Origin: Eledone cirrhosa
Taxonomy: Eukaryota
NCBI GenBank assembly: GCA_964016885.1
Contig: OZ024741.1
Span: 316,696,001 to 316,760,000 of the forward strand
Reading direction: 5' to 3'
Length of the DNA stretch: 64,000 nt
Position 1 is the first letter of the stretch. Each line of letters begins with the position of its first letter. This document shows positions 53,728-64,000 of this stretch, piece by piece. The notes beneath the pieces are model-generated. The model saw nothing but the letters and a program-made list of their open reading frames with translations. It was not told the DNA's origin and made no database searches. The position numbers were made by a program, and so were the translations under genes.

Positions 53728-56700
53728 ATGGCTGTGTTGAGAGTGGGTTGCTTGAATACGCGTGGCCTGGGCGCAGTTTGGAAGCAAGCTAAGCTTCTAA
53801 ATGACCTCAGGTCACGCGGTATAAATGTGATGGTTATTTGCGAGGCCCGGATCAGCAGCATGCGCCAACTAGCCCCCACCTTTGATGACTTTGAAATGCA
53901 CGCATCTCTCTGTCAGCCCGGAGGTGGGTGTGGGGTTGTCGTTCTGCTGCAAAAACAACTGGGTCTCGCCACACAGACGGTACACCTGGACCCGGAGGTG
54001 ATCTTAGACGTTGGCAGTGGTGAAGGTGGAGCCTTTAAGCTGGTCGCCGCCTACGCCCCTTTTGGGTCAGCGCGGCCGGACTTCTTCCAACATCTGGAGA
54101 CTTTTCTGGGGACGTCCCGCTCCTTGCTTTTAGTGAGGGACTGGAATGGTATCCTGGATGCACGTTGGGACTATGTAGGGGCATGTCCCGATAAGGGGGG
54201 TGTAAAAGCCTCAAGGGGTCAATCGGCCGATTTGACCTGGCCGATAGATATCGACTAGATTATCCGACTGCGCCAACCTGGACTTGGGCAAACCACAGCG
54301 GATAATCTAGGTCGTACCTAGATAGGGTCCTAGTTAGAAATAAGGATAGGGACCTTTTAAGCTGTCCAGAGATGCTCATGGTTGGCTATTCGGATCACAA
54401 ATTAGTGACCTGCTTAGTCAACCTTGATAGAACCCATAGACAGGGACCCGGTTACTGGAAACTGAACTTGTCCTTACCGGCAAGTAAAGTGTACAGGAAC
54501 CGGATTAGTACTTTAGTTAAGGAGCGGGTGATGAGAACGATCGTCAACAGCAGGTGGTGGGGATCTCTCAAAAGAGAGATTAGAGTAGTTTCAATAGGAT
54601 TTAGTAAGGAGCTAGCCTCAGATAGAAATAGGAAGGAAAGGGAGTTGGTAGATAGTGTAGTAGAGGCAATTAGAAGCGGCGACGTGGCCAGAGTGCTAGC
54701 GTCGAGTTCTTTGCGGCGAAACACGAAGGCTGCGTTGTCCGAAGCAAAATACGTGCTCTAGGAAACGAGGGGACCAAAGCTGTTAGCTGGGCCCTCGTGA
54801 CAGAAGCCCAAAGTGTGATTAGATCCACCATCCGGTCTTTGCGAGACCAGGATGGACGGGTGATCCTTGAACCTAAGCAGATGTGTGGGGTCTTTCAAAG
54901 GCACTTTTCCCGATTGTTCGGGAGGGGAGGGGGCCGGATGGGGATGTGGACTTCGGTCCATACCGCGACGGCCTGCCGCGTCTTTCGGGCGAAGAGGCGA
55001 AGTCCTGCGTGGGGCCGATTTCGGCTGCTGTAATAGGGGACGTGCTGAGCCAATGCGACAAACGCAAATCCCCGGGTCTCGATGGTCTTCCATACGAACT
55101 ATATCTAGCTATGCCGGACTTGTTCTCCGATCTCCTCGAGGCGGTCTACTGCAACTGGCAACAGAATGGGAGAATTCCCTGTTCTGTGACCAAGGGCGTA
55201 GTCTCGCTAGTGAGGAAGGACGAGAACAAGGGGGACTAAATAAGGGGACCTAAATTTCAGGCCCATAACTCTGCTAAATGCAGAGTTAAAGATTTTGGCC
55301 AAGGTGTTAGAAAAGGGGTTGGCGCTTGTCGTGGGCAACCTGGTGGGAGATGCGCAGACATGTGCTATCCCGTCCAGGTCCATCCACGACAACCTCCACC
55401 TTATGCGATACATCATAGAGAGGGTTGGGAACGAACCCGGCTTTGGTGGGGCCCTGATCAACTTGGATCAATCTAAAGGGTCGACCATGGTTACCTGGAT
55501 GCGGTGCTAGTGGCGGAAGGTTTCAAACCCGTTTTCAGGGGCTGGATCACTGCCATGCACAGCAGCCGTATCTGCTCTAGAGTCAAGGTGAACGGCTACC
55601 TCTCGGAGTCGTTCGAAATCACGCGGTCCATCTCACAGGGGTGCCCTCTCTCTTCCCTTCTGTATGTATTGGCCCTCGAGAAACTGCTGCGGAAGTTGGA
55701 GTTGTTGCAGGGCATCCCGTTGGAACCGGTATTGCGAAAAGCGGTGTTGGCCTACGCCGATGACGTAACAGTAATGGTGTCGACCACCTCGGAAATCGGG
55801 GTGATCGGCACCTTACTGGAGGAGTACGAAAGGTTTACAGGGGCTAAGCTGAACCGGGACAAGACGATCGGTTTGCAACTCGGCACGTGGAGGGGCAAAC
55901 CTATGCCCGCCGATGGCGTTGTCAGACGCTGGACGGAGGGCCCGGTGAACTTGCTCGGGCTCTGGTTCGGACCTCTAGGTTGAGAAGAACTGGGGTGAGG
56001 TAACGAACAAGGTGTTTGCACTGACCCAGAAGTGGGCCGAGTGTAAACTATCACTGAAAGATTGGGCGGAGGTGGCGAACACTTATATAGCGCCCGTCAT
56101 CTACCGCCTGACCGTCGTGCCTTGCCCAAGGGAAACGCTCACTAAAATGGAGCGCGCACTCTTCCAATTCCTTTAGAAGAAGCGGGTTCCTTTGGTGAGG
56201 AGAGCCATCTGCTGTCAACACCCTTCGAAAGGAGGGCTGGGGTTGCCGTGGCTGCTGATGCGTAAACACGCATTAAGGCTACGGCACCTCCAGGTTTTCC
56301 TCACCAGTCAACCGGTGTGGGCCCCGTTTGTGAGACGAACCTTTCCGAGACTCGCCTCACTCACCGAGCTTCAACACCGAGTGTGGCCAGGCGCTCCCGG
56401 CTCTCTGGCAGGAGGACCCGGCTATCAGTGGAGACTCCACCTTGACATTCTATAGAGGGCTGTTGCGAAGTAGGTGCGACAATGCCCTCGGAGAAGCCCT
56501 AGGCATGGAGGAAGACGAACTGGCCAGCCTGTTCGGTAGGACATTTAGCCCGGGACCTATGGACAACTTCCAGAGGTCCCTGGCCTGGCAGTGCTACCGA
56601 GGGGCTCTGCCCGTTCGAGAAAAGGTCTACAGACAGGGGCGCCCGGGTAGGGACCCCTCGAAAAAGATCTGTCCCAGATGCGTGTGCGACGAGGAAACCG

Positions 56701-56828
56701 TCGCGCATGCATTGGTACATTGCCCGGGCGTCGCCGATCTGTGAGGCTATGTCGAACGACTGCTGTCACGGGTGGAACCTATCCGGTTGACCACCGAGTC
56801 CATTATAACGATCAAGCCGCTCTCACTT
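53728..56828 (+). pseudogene. Disrupted ORF2 (EN+RT) of copy C
   Basis: MAVLRVGCLNTRGL, GPGYWKLN, KSPGLDGLPYELY, QGCPLSS, YADD and CPRC fragments split over more than 8 ORF pieces. Confidence 0.92.
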
Positions 56829-59800
56829 TGGAGCTTCCTGGCAACATATCCATGCATGATTTTTTGCTGATAAGCATGCAGTACTTCATCCATGGATTCA
56901 CTGCGATACTGCTGAGCAACTTCTCCAGGTGTGAGTTTTTGATTATCACACAGGGAATATCTCTCGAGGAGTTCCTTCCCAACTCTCATAATCTTATCTG
57001 TTTCATGCAGATAGACTTGCTCGAGAGACGGGCTCCTACGCTTCGAGGTTCGTAGATGTTGTCGGAGAGATATGATGCGACATTCAAATGTTGTCTGGAC
57101 TGATGTTAGGCCTCTGCCTCCCTGCTTACGTTTCAAGTAAAGGCGGTCTATGTCACTGTTGATGTGGAAGTTTCCGGTGTTGTTCAGTATTTTTCAAGTT
57201 CCAACATCAACTGCTCGGATTTCGTCTATCGTCCAATTGAGTATTCCAAACGTTGGTGTTAGGACAGGCACAACAAACACATTGTGAGCCAGTGTTTTGT
57301 TTTGCGCAGAGGGTTCCGATGACCAAATCTTTCTTAATCGGGTGTAGTATTCCCCGGTGACGCGTTACTTATTGTAGATACCATTATAGGATATGTTCTC
57401 ATCTATCCCCAGATATCTGTAGCAGTCCTCATCAGATATCGGTGAAACAGTTAGGCCATTGATGACAATGTTGCTAGATCGGGTTGTTGTTTTTCCCCGC
57501 TTTACAGTCATGTATGAGCATTTATCTTGGCCAAACTCCATTCCTATATCCTTTGAGAACGTTGTAACCAGGTCAAGATTTTTCTTCATCCCATCCATGT
57601 CCTTGGCATAGAGTTTCAGAGAAATTATGGGTTAGGTTCGTATTTCTGTCCTCCTGTGAGCCTCACATTTCTTGAGCAGAAAGGACAAGGGGTTTAATGA
57701 CAAGGTGAATAATATCACAGAGAGACTGGCCCCCTGAAATATAGCCCTGCGATATTTTATTTTATCAGTGGAAATAGAGTCCTTCCTCTCTGTCTTTAAC
57801 CTTAGGATAGTAGCCCAAGAAGAAGACAGCCTCTCTATGGCTCTGACAATAATGTCTGGAACTTTAGCAAGTTGGAGGGCCTCTATCATCCAAGAGTGGG
57901 GAACAGAATCGAAAGCTTTCCTGTAGTCCAGCCAGACTGTAGCCATATTCCTCCTAAGTTGTCGCACCTCCGACATCGCAGTTTTGTTGATTAGAAGTTG
58001 TTCAGCACATCCCAAACCCTTTTCTTTCCAGCTGCTTGTTCATCTGTGATGATGTTATTATTTTCACAGTGATCTTGGAGGAATAGGTTCATGCAGGCTG
58101 TATACATCTTATACATCAGGTTCTGGCATGCAATGGGTCGGTAGTTTTTTGCCAAGTGCGTGTCTTTGTTCTTGGGGACCAGTAATGTTTGTGCTAATGT
58201 CAACCATTCTGGTATAAGTGTATCTCCCTAAATAACTTGTTGCTAGAGGTCAGTAAGATACCTCCGATAGAATATCAGTTTTTTGTACCAGTAGCCGACA
58301 ATCATGTCTCTTCCTGGTGTTTTCTTATCTTGGAGTTTTCCTATGACAATCTCAAGGGTACCCTCACTTATTTCGTATGTTTTTGTTGTAGTTTAGGATC
58401 AATAGTTCTTTCGAATTTCTTTTAGCCACACTGCATCTTGGTTGAAATTCTTCTTTTGATCCCATATTTTTCTCCAAAAGGAATCTATGTCTTTCTGGGA
58501 TGCGGCCCCAGTGACACGTATTATTTTGTTCTTCATGTCTCTATAGACTGATGTTTGGTTTCGTCTGAATCTTTTATTAAGCACTTTTCTCTCATCTACC
58601 TTCTTCAGGTATGGGCGTTTTTCGCTAACAGCTCTCAATTCTTGTTTGAGGGTGATCAGCTTATATTGAAGAGTTCTAGTTCTACTGTTACCAAACATCG
58701 TCTCTATTTTATTTTTCACTCTTTGTTGGTGAGGAGTGAGGTTTTTTTGTGCTTGTTTGCATGTAAGGAGCATTGTCACATATCCTATGGTTTTTCGTAA
58801 GTCAGCAATCTTTTTTTCTATTTTAGTTATATATGATGGTATTTTTGGTGGTGTTCTGTTCCTGTTAATATCTCTGCTATCACCAAGATAATGCTTCAGT
58901 GTCGTTGGTAAGGCATATAAACAGGCGTTGATTTTCCAAAATGTTGGGGTTTTTATCCATCGTAAATATTCATCCCCTATTTCGTCAATAACACGTATTA
59001 TTTCATTATTTGGGATTTAAAAAAAATTTTTTTTTTATTAAACATTGTCGTTTTAATACGTTCAGTAACAGAGATATTTATACATGAATTAATTTCTCTC
59101 TGGAAGATTTCGTTGAAGGAAATTTTCAATTGTTTATACTTTTAATTATTATCATTATCGATAGTATTTTCCGCAACAGCCGAGGTAGACTCGGATGGTA
59201 CACGTGGTGTCAAATTTCTTCGATTATTATTATTATCGAGAGTGTTTTCCCCAGCATTCGAGGTAGACTTAGATGGTACAGGTGGTGTCAAGTTTCTTAC
59301 AGGTATAGTTGTTTCAAGGCGTTGTTCGACCTGGCTGCTAGGAAGTCTAGTAGCATGGCGATTTGTAGCACGTGTTGTTGATCCCATGTTTGTTGTGGGG
59401 GACTTACAATTAATACTATTTATCTTATTTTTACGTTCAACAAACGTCGCTTGTTGGCGTAATTGTTTCGCTGTGAAGTGATTTAGCTCTGGGTGTATTT
59501 CATCCCAGTGTAGCTTCATTCTGTTCATATAGCCAATGGAGGGTTTGTTTTTTGCCATTTTATAACAATTAAATAAATCATTATTAAGTTCGCAACTCCA
59601 AGAGAAATGCGATTTATAATTTCGGTTTCTTCTGTAGCTACAACTGAATAAAGTTTGTTTACCTTTCTTGTTATTTGTCTTCGATACTTCCTTAATTTTG
59701 TTGTTGATATTGTGTTCAGCCATGCTGTTTGTAGCAAATCTTTGTAAAATGAATTATGTATTTAGTCGGATATCTCTACGAATTCGAATTAAAGGTGTCT

Positions 59801-59925
59801 TCAGAAGATATAGTTAGAAGAATATCCAGTTATTCAACATGACTGTAGTTGTGGCATTACTGTCGGAGATTCTTAATTTAATAAATAGTCTCCCACGCCA
59901 AAATATGCGACTGATCGCGTTGACT
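56822..59925 (-). mobile_element. Decayed R4/Dong-like (RLE-group) non-LTR retrotransposon, 5' end present, 3' (endonuclease) end missing
   Basis: N-terminal WSCELN..LFNCY..GYMNRMKLHW; RT motifs NYRPIACQNLMYK, EQAAG, GCAEQLLINK, WLDYRKAFDSVPHSW, IFQG.SLS, FGQDKC, YRYLG, GGRGL, MHG. Multiple frameshifts; the YxDD segment appears deleted near 57630. Clade call is from motif recall. Confidence 0.8.
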
Positions 59926-59942
59926 GTATGTTTGTATGTATG

Positions 59943-60006
<64 letters not shown>

Positions 60007-60078
60007 AGTATATATATATATGAATGTATGTATATATATATATATATATATATATGTAAGTATATATATATATGAATG

Positions 60079-60124
<46 letters not shown>

Positions 60125-60212
60125 AGTATATATATATATATGAATGTATGTATGTATATATATATATATATATGAATGTATGTATGTGTATATATATATA
60201 TATATATATATT
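59926..60212. repeat. Compound (TA)n/(TATG)n microsatellite with a repeating TGTAAG...TGAATG substructure
   Basis: Read directly. Confidence 0.95.
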
Positions 60213-60901
60213 ATGTCAGATCACCAGTTGGTGCTACTGGTAACATGTATCCCAGTACAACCTGTCTCGTGGTCGGGTCGTTGGCGACTAAACTGGCAAC
60301 CCCACCAAGGTTTCTTGGTGAGAAGGGTGACTTTGGACATCCTGCAGGACTAAAAACAAAACCTGTCAAAGGGCAAAGGAGCTCTTAAGAGTCAATGGCC
60401 ATCCAAAATCATAGGGAGAGATGACCCCTTAGCCTTTGTCAAGGCAGAATTCTAGGAGAAGGAAAACTCTGATATAACACCTGCAACCCTGATGGTATCC
60501 AATGATGTTGACTTGTTCTTCTTTTTGGTAAATATCATCTTGGTTAAGAGAGTGGGACTGGCTTTGTGCAGTGCCTTTGCTCACTATAAAAGCTTCACGG
60601 CACAGCCATTGCTTTATATCTGGAGATCTCTCTTCACTTGTCGTCACATGGTACCATGGGCCCAGCACTATGTGTCAGTAATTGTCACAAGTGTAGTGTT
60701 TGTACCAGAGTTTTCAAGTCGCTAGCTGGACTAAAAAGTCACACGTTCAGCGCATCGGAAGGGGTTCTCCTACATGGATATAAAGTACTGGCCGTACTCG
60801 AAAACGAGTTGGCAGCCACCATGTATGTATGTATGTATGTATGTATGTATGTATGTATGTATGTATGTATGTATGTATGTATGTATGTATGTGTATGTGT
60901 G

Positions 60902-60935
<34 letters not shown>

Positions 60936-60966
60936 TGTATGTATGTATGTATGTATGTATGTATGT
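60213..60966 (+). mobile_element. Internally deleted RTE-clade derivative: 5'UTR-like head + ORF C-terminus + (ATGT)n tail
   Basis: Head contains GGAGAAGGAAAACTCTGA, recalled from RTE 5'UTRs. 60680-60745 encodes CSVCTRVFKSLAGLKSH, like the C-terminal Zn-finger motif of RTE/BovB ORFs. Short 3'UTR, then (ATGT)n from 60821. Confidence 0.6.
60219..60296 (+). ncRNA. Candidate HDV-like self-cleaving ribozyme at the RTE 5' end (probably degenerate)
   Basis: P1 GATCAC/GTGGTC, P2 CCAGT/ACTGG, GG, P4 GTCG-TTGG-CGA(C) and J4/2 CTAA occur in the correct nested order; P3/L3 does not fit the canonical pattern. Confidence 0.4.
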
Positions 60967-60974
60967 AGGTATAT

Positions 60975-61039
60975 GTGTGTGATACCGTTTAAATCACCGG
61001 TGTGTGTGTGTATTATACACAGTATGTGTATTATACACA

Positions 61040-61085
<46 letters not shown>

Positions 61086-61715
61086 ATGTATGTTGCCGTT
61101 TAAGCCATCGGTGTGTGTATGAGTGTGTGGGTGTGATACCGTTTAAACTCCCGATATATGTATACGTGTGTGTGTGATACTGTTTAAACCATTAGTGTGT
61201 GTATCTATGTGTATGCGTGTGATACCGTTTAAATCCTTAGTGTGTGTATGTATCTGTATGTATGCGTGTGATACCGTTTAAACATTTGTGTCTGTGTATT
61301 TGTGTGTATGCGTGTGATACTGTTTAAACGCTTAGTGTGTGTGTATCAATGTGTATGCGTGTGATACCGTTTAAACCCTTAGTGTGTGTGTATTTGTGTG
61401 TATGCGTGTGATACTGTTTAAACCCTTAGTGTGAGTGTGTATTTGTGTGTATGCGTGTGATACCGTTTAAACCCTTAGTGTGTATGTATCTGTATGTATG
61501 CGTGTGATATGTTTAAACCCTTAGTGTGTGTGTATATCTATGTGTATGCGTGTGATACCGTTTAAACCCTTAGTGTGTATGTATCTGTATGTATGCGTGT
61601 GATACTGTTTTAACTCTTAGTGTGTGTGTGTATTTGTGTGTATGCGTGTGATACTGTTTAAATCCTTAGTGTGTGTGTGTATTTGTGTGTATGCGTGTGA
61701 TACTGTTTAAACCCC
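60975..61715. repeat. ~41-45-bp minisatellite with conserved core GTGTGATAC(C/T)GTTTAAAC and (GT)-rich variable spacers
   Basis: About 15 cores read directly; spacers are related to one another. Confidence 0.9.
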
Positions 61716-61824
61716 ATCCATCACGATTGGCAGTCGATTAATCACATCAATACAGCGTTGGTCTTTTTTCGCTCTATTATATATTAGTGTCTTTTTATAG
61801 TGAGTATTTCTTCACCTAAAATAC

Positions 61825-61851
61825 ATATACACACATATATATATACACACG

Positions 61852-61929
<78 letters not shown>

Positions 61930-61964
61930 TACACACACATACACACATACACACACACACACAT

Positions 61965-62011
<47 letters not shown>
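61825..62011. repeat. (TA)n/(CA)n microsatellite
   Basis: Read directly. Confidence 0.95.
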
Positions 62012-62015
<4 letters not shown>

Positions 62016-62132
62016 GCTAATCAAGATTACAAACCCAATCCTAATGCTTTCCATGCAATCAGCCTTATTGCAGTCAACTCCACTCATCAGCAGATTGAAA
62101 ATTAATAGCGGTTAACGGTTAATAGATTAAAA

Positions 62133-62175
62133 TGACACGTGGTACTTTAAGTATGCCACGTGGTCTATGACGTCA
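62133..62175. promoter_or_regulatory. Putative cis-regulatory cluster: two CACGTG boxes and a full CRE (TGACGTCA)
   Basis: CACGTG at 62136-62141 and 62157-62162 and TGACGTCA at 62168-62175, in unique, CpG-retaining sequence. Confidence 0.4.
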
Positions 62176-62817
62176 AGTACTTTTCATCGTCAATCAAGGA
62201 AAAATAGTTATATAGAACGCGACAAGGAATTTTGGCTAGTGACGGCACTAAAATTAATTGCGTTTGTTCGTTTAGGAATAGAATGTGTTGTCGAGTGATG
62301 TGGATTTTCTCGGTATAACGTAAGCGATAGTATTTAGACGCATTCTCAAATAGGCTGGGGACATTGATGAGGATTGTAATGCTTTGGTCACCAAAGATGT
62401 GGACAGAGAATTTCAGTGAGACGCCGTGCTGGAGAAGAAGTACTGGGTGACGTATTTAGTGCAGTGCCTGCTCAATACTGTGGTATCTAATAGACGTCAG
62501 TGATTAAATAAACTGTCAGATTGACGCAAGTGACTTATGAATGAGCGCTCTGCGAATTCTATATTATGTTTTCTAGCCTCCTCCCCCGGGTCAATTCTGA
62601 TTGAGCAGACCTATGATCCAAGGTTATCCCACTTTTTATATATCAAAGACTACAGTCTGCATATGTTTGTTTTTACAGTACCGCTTTAACTGATTGTGAT
62701 TTTGTAAAATGTTAATGTTAATAAAACTATGACTTCTAGTGTGGTTATAAATTACAAAACAAAGATATTTTTTTTCATATTTTAATTTTTGAAATACAAA
62801 CTCGCCTTCTTCAATTC

Positions 62818-63230
62818 GGTATTCGTGCCAATCCTTACTTGTGGTCATGGGTCTTGGGTGGTGACTGAGAGAATACGATCGTGAATACAAGCGGCACGGC
62901 AGGTATGGGGTTCTTCTGAAGCGTTTTGGGGGTAACGTTACTTGATAGAGTGCGTAGCTCGGAGATCAGAGAGTCACTCCAGGTAGAGCCCCTATTTCTC
63001 CGAATTGAGAGATCACAGATCCGATACTATGGGCATGTGGCTACAATGTCTCAGGAAAGAATCGCTGGACAGATTTTACGGGCAAAACCAACCTGCAGGA
63101 GACTCGGGGTAGACCCTCAGCAAGATGGTTGGATAACATCTACGAGCTGGGCTTATCTCACTTGGGAATCGAGCCGAATCAGTTGGACCCAGTTACTACT
63201 GACAGGACCCGTTGGAGCGAGTGTGGGCGA
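62818..63230 (+). mobile_element. RTE-clade (Rex3/Expander-like) LINE 3' fragment, decayed
   Basis: VFVPILTCGHGSW..., GVTLLDRVRSSEIRESLQVEPLFLRIERSQIRYYGHV..M, then GRP..RW after a frameshift. Confidence 0.85.
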
Positions 63231-63825
63231 CGACGACGACGAAGAAGAAGTAGAGTTATTGCATAAAAATAGATATGAGGTGGTAAGGTTCAGTTTAGGA
63301 AGAATAGTGTGTAATATGTTCATACTAATAAATGTCATGTCAGTTTTGAAAATTTAATCATTTAAAACGGATATTAGAACAAATTGTGAGAATATACTTG
63401 ACACAGGCATTGTGACTAATCTGTCCTCCCTTTGCAGTAGTCTCTGAAGACCAATAACAAAGGTATTGGGTGTTCCCTTTCTTGTCTTACCCCCCCCCCC
63501 CACACACATATATACACATATATATATATATAGGTAGTAGAGGTGTAATTAGATTGTGTTCACAGGCGGTATGCCAAGTTGAGCACTTGATGCTCCTGGG
63601 CAGCAGTGTATCAATAATAATAAATGGGAATAAAGAATCAGTATTGTATCATATACATATTTAATTACATATTACATATGTTTCACTGCCGATCAGCTCG
63701 AGGAACGATCGAATAATGTTCGATCCTGACGCTGGAATCGGGAGCTTCTCAAATATGTGTTCTCACATGTAGACGCACGTCCAAATGTTATGAACATAAA
63801 TTACATTACTTTTTGACTCAACCTC

Positions 63826-64000
<175 letters not shown>

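Larger units (their letters stand above)
51741..56828 (+). mobile_element. Near-full-length decayed Tx1-family copy C (5'UTR, ORF1, ORF2; 3' end missing)
   Basis: 5'UTR aligns by eye with that of the intact copy; ORF1 and ORF2 fragments are colinear with it; many frameshifts and stops. Confidence 0.93.

Noticed and set aside
59760-59925. Ribozyme in the R4/Dong-like 5'UTR (CTGAAGA hammerhead-like word)
   Set aside because: No stem II/GAAA partner and no HDV-type nested pairing could be built by eye.
60975-61715. CRISPR-like repeat/spacer appearance
   Set aside because: Spacers are mutually similar GT microsatellites, there are no cas genes, and the context is eukaryotic.
59839-62087. YIYI/MYVC/HTHT ORFs
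   Set aside because: Translations of TA, TATG and CA microsatellites.
62570-62635. Possible SINE fragment (GGTCAATTCTGATTGAGCAGACCTATGATC)
   Set aside because: Vague recollection only; too short, with no A/B boxes, tail or TSD to support a call.
63680-63800. Hairpin GATCGAAT-aat-GTTCGATC and a short open frame, as a possible exon or ncRNA
   Set aside because: Single short stem and no convincing splice sites or homology.

Overview
Eukaryotic, repeat-dominated window with no confidently identifiable host gene. The mix of TA/CA/TATG microsatellites and CR1, RTE, R4/Dong and Tx1 LINEs resembles an invertebrate, possibly cephalopod, genome (inference only). Layout: (1) 1-21.2 kb is a ~1000-unit 14-bp satellite GATAGACTGTAGA(A/T) with kb-scale higher-order duplications. 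It is interrupted by a 5'-truncated CR1, a probable solo LTR and a full-length Tx1-clade LINE (7717-13518, minus) with ORF1 and ORF2 both intact. (2) 21.2-22.9 kb holds small minisatellites, an inverted satellite relic and a possible MITE. (3) 22.9-49.7 kb is a ~26-kb array of a 27-bp ACC-derived unit that reads as a mucin-like Thr repeat but is frameshifted. (4) 49.9-56.8 kb holds three more head-to-tail, decayed relatives of the same Tx1 family, the last fused tail-to-tail with a decayed R4/Dong-like element. (5) 60-64 kb holds RTE relics (one with an HDV-like ribozyme candidate), minisatellites and an E-box/CRE cluster. Best candidate for an undescribed system: a Tx1 family that appears to target TCTATC/GATA repeats. 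All seven readable junctions of its four copies sit in TATC-type sequence, the three intact 3' ends finish in A(A/T)TAAAGAAA with no poly(A), and one copy looks retrotransposition-competent. Most long ORFs in the track are repeat artefacts.
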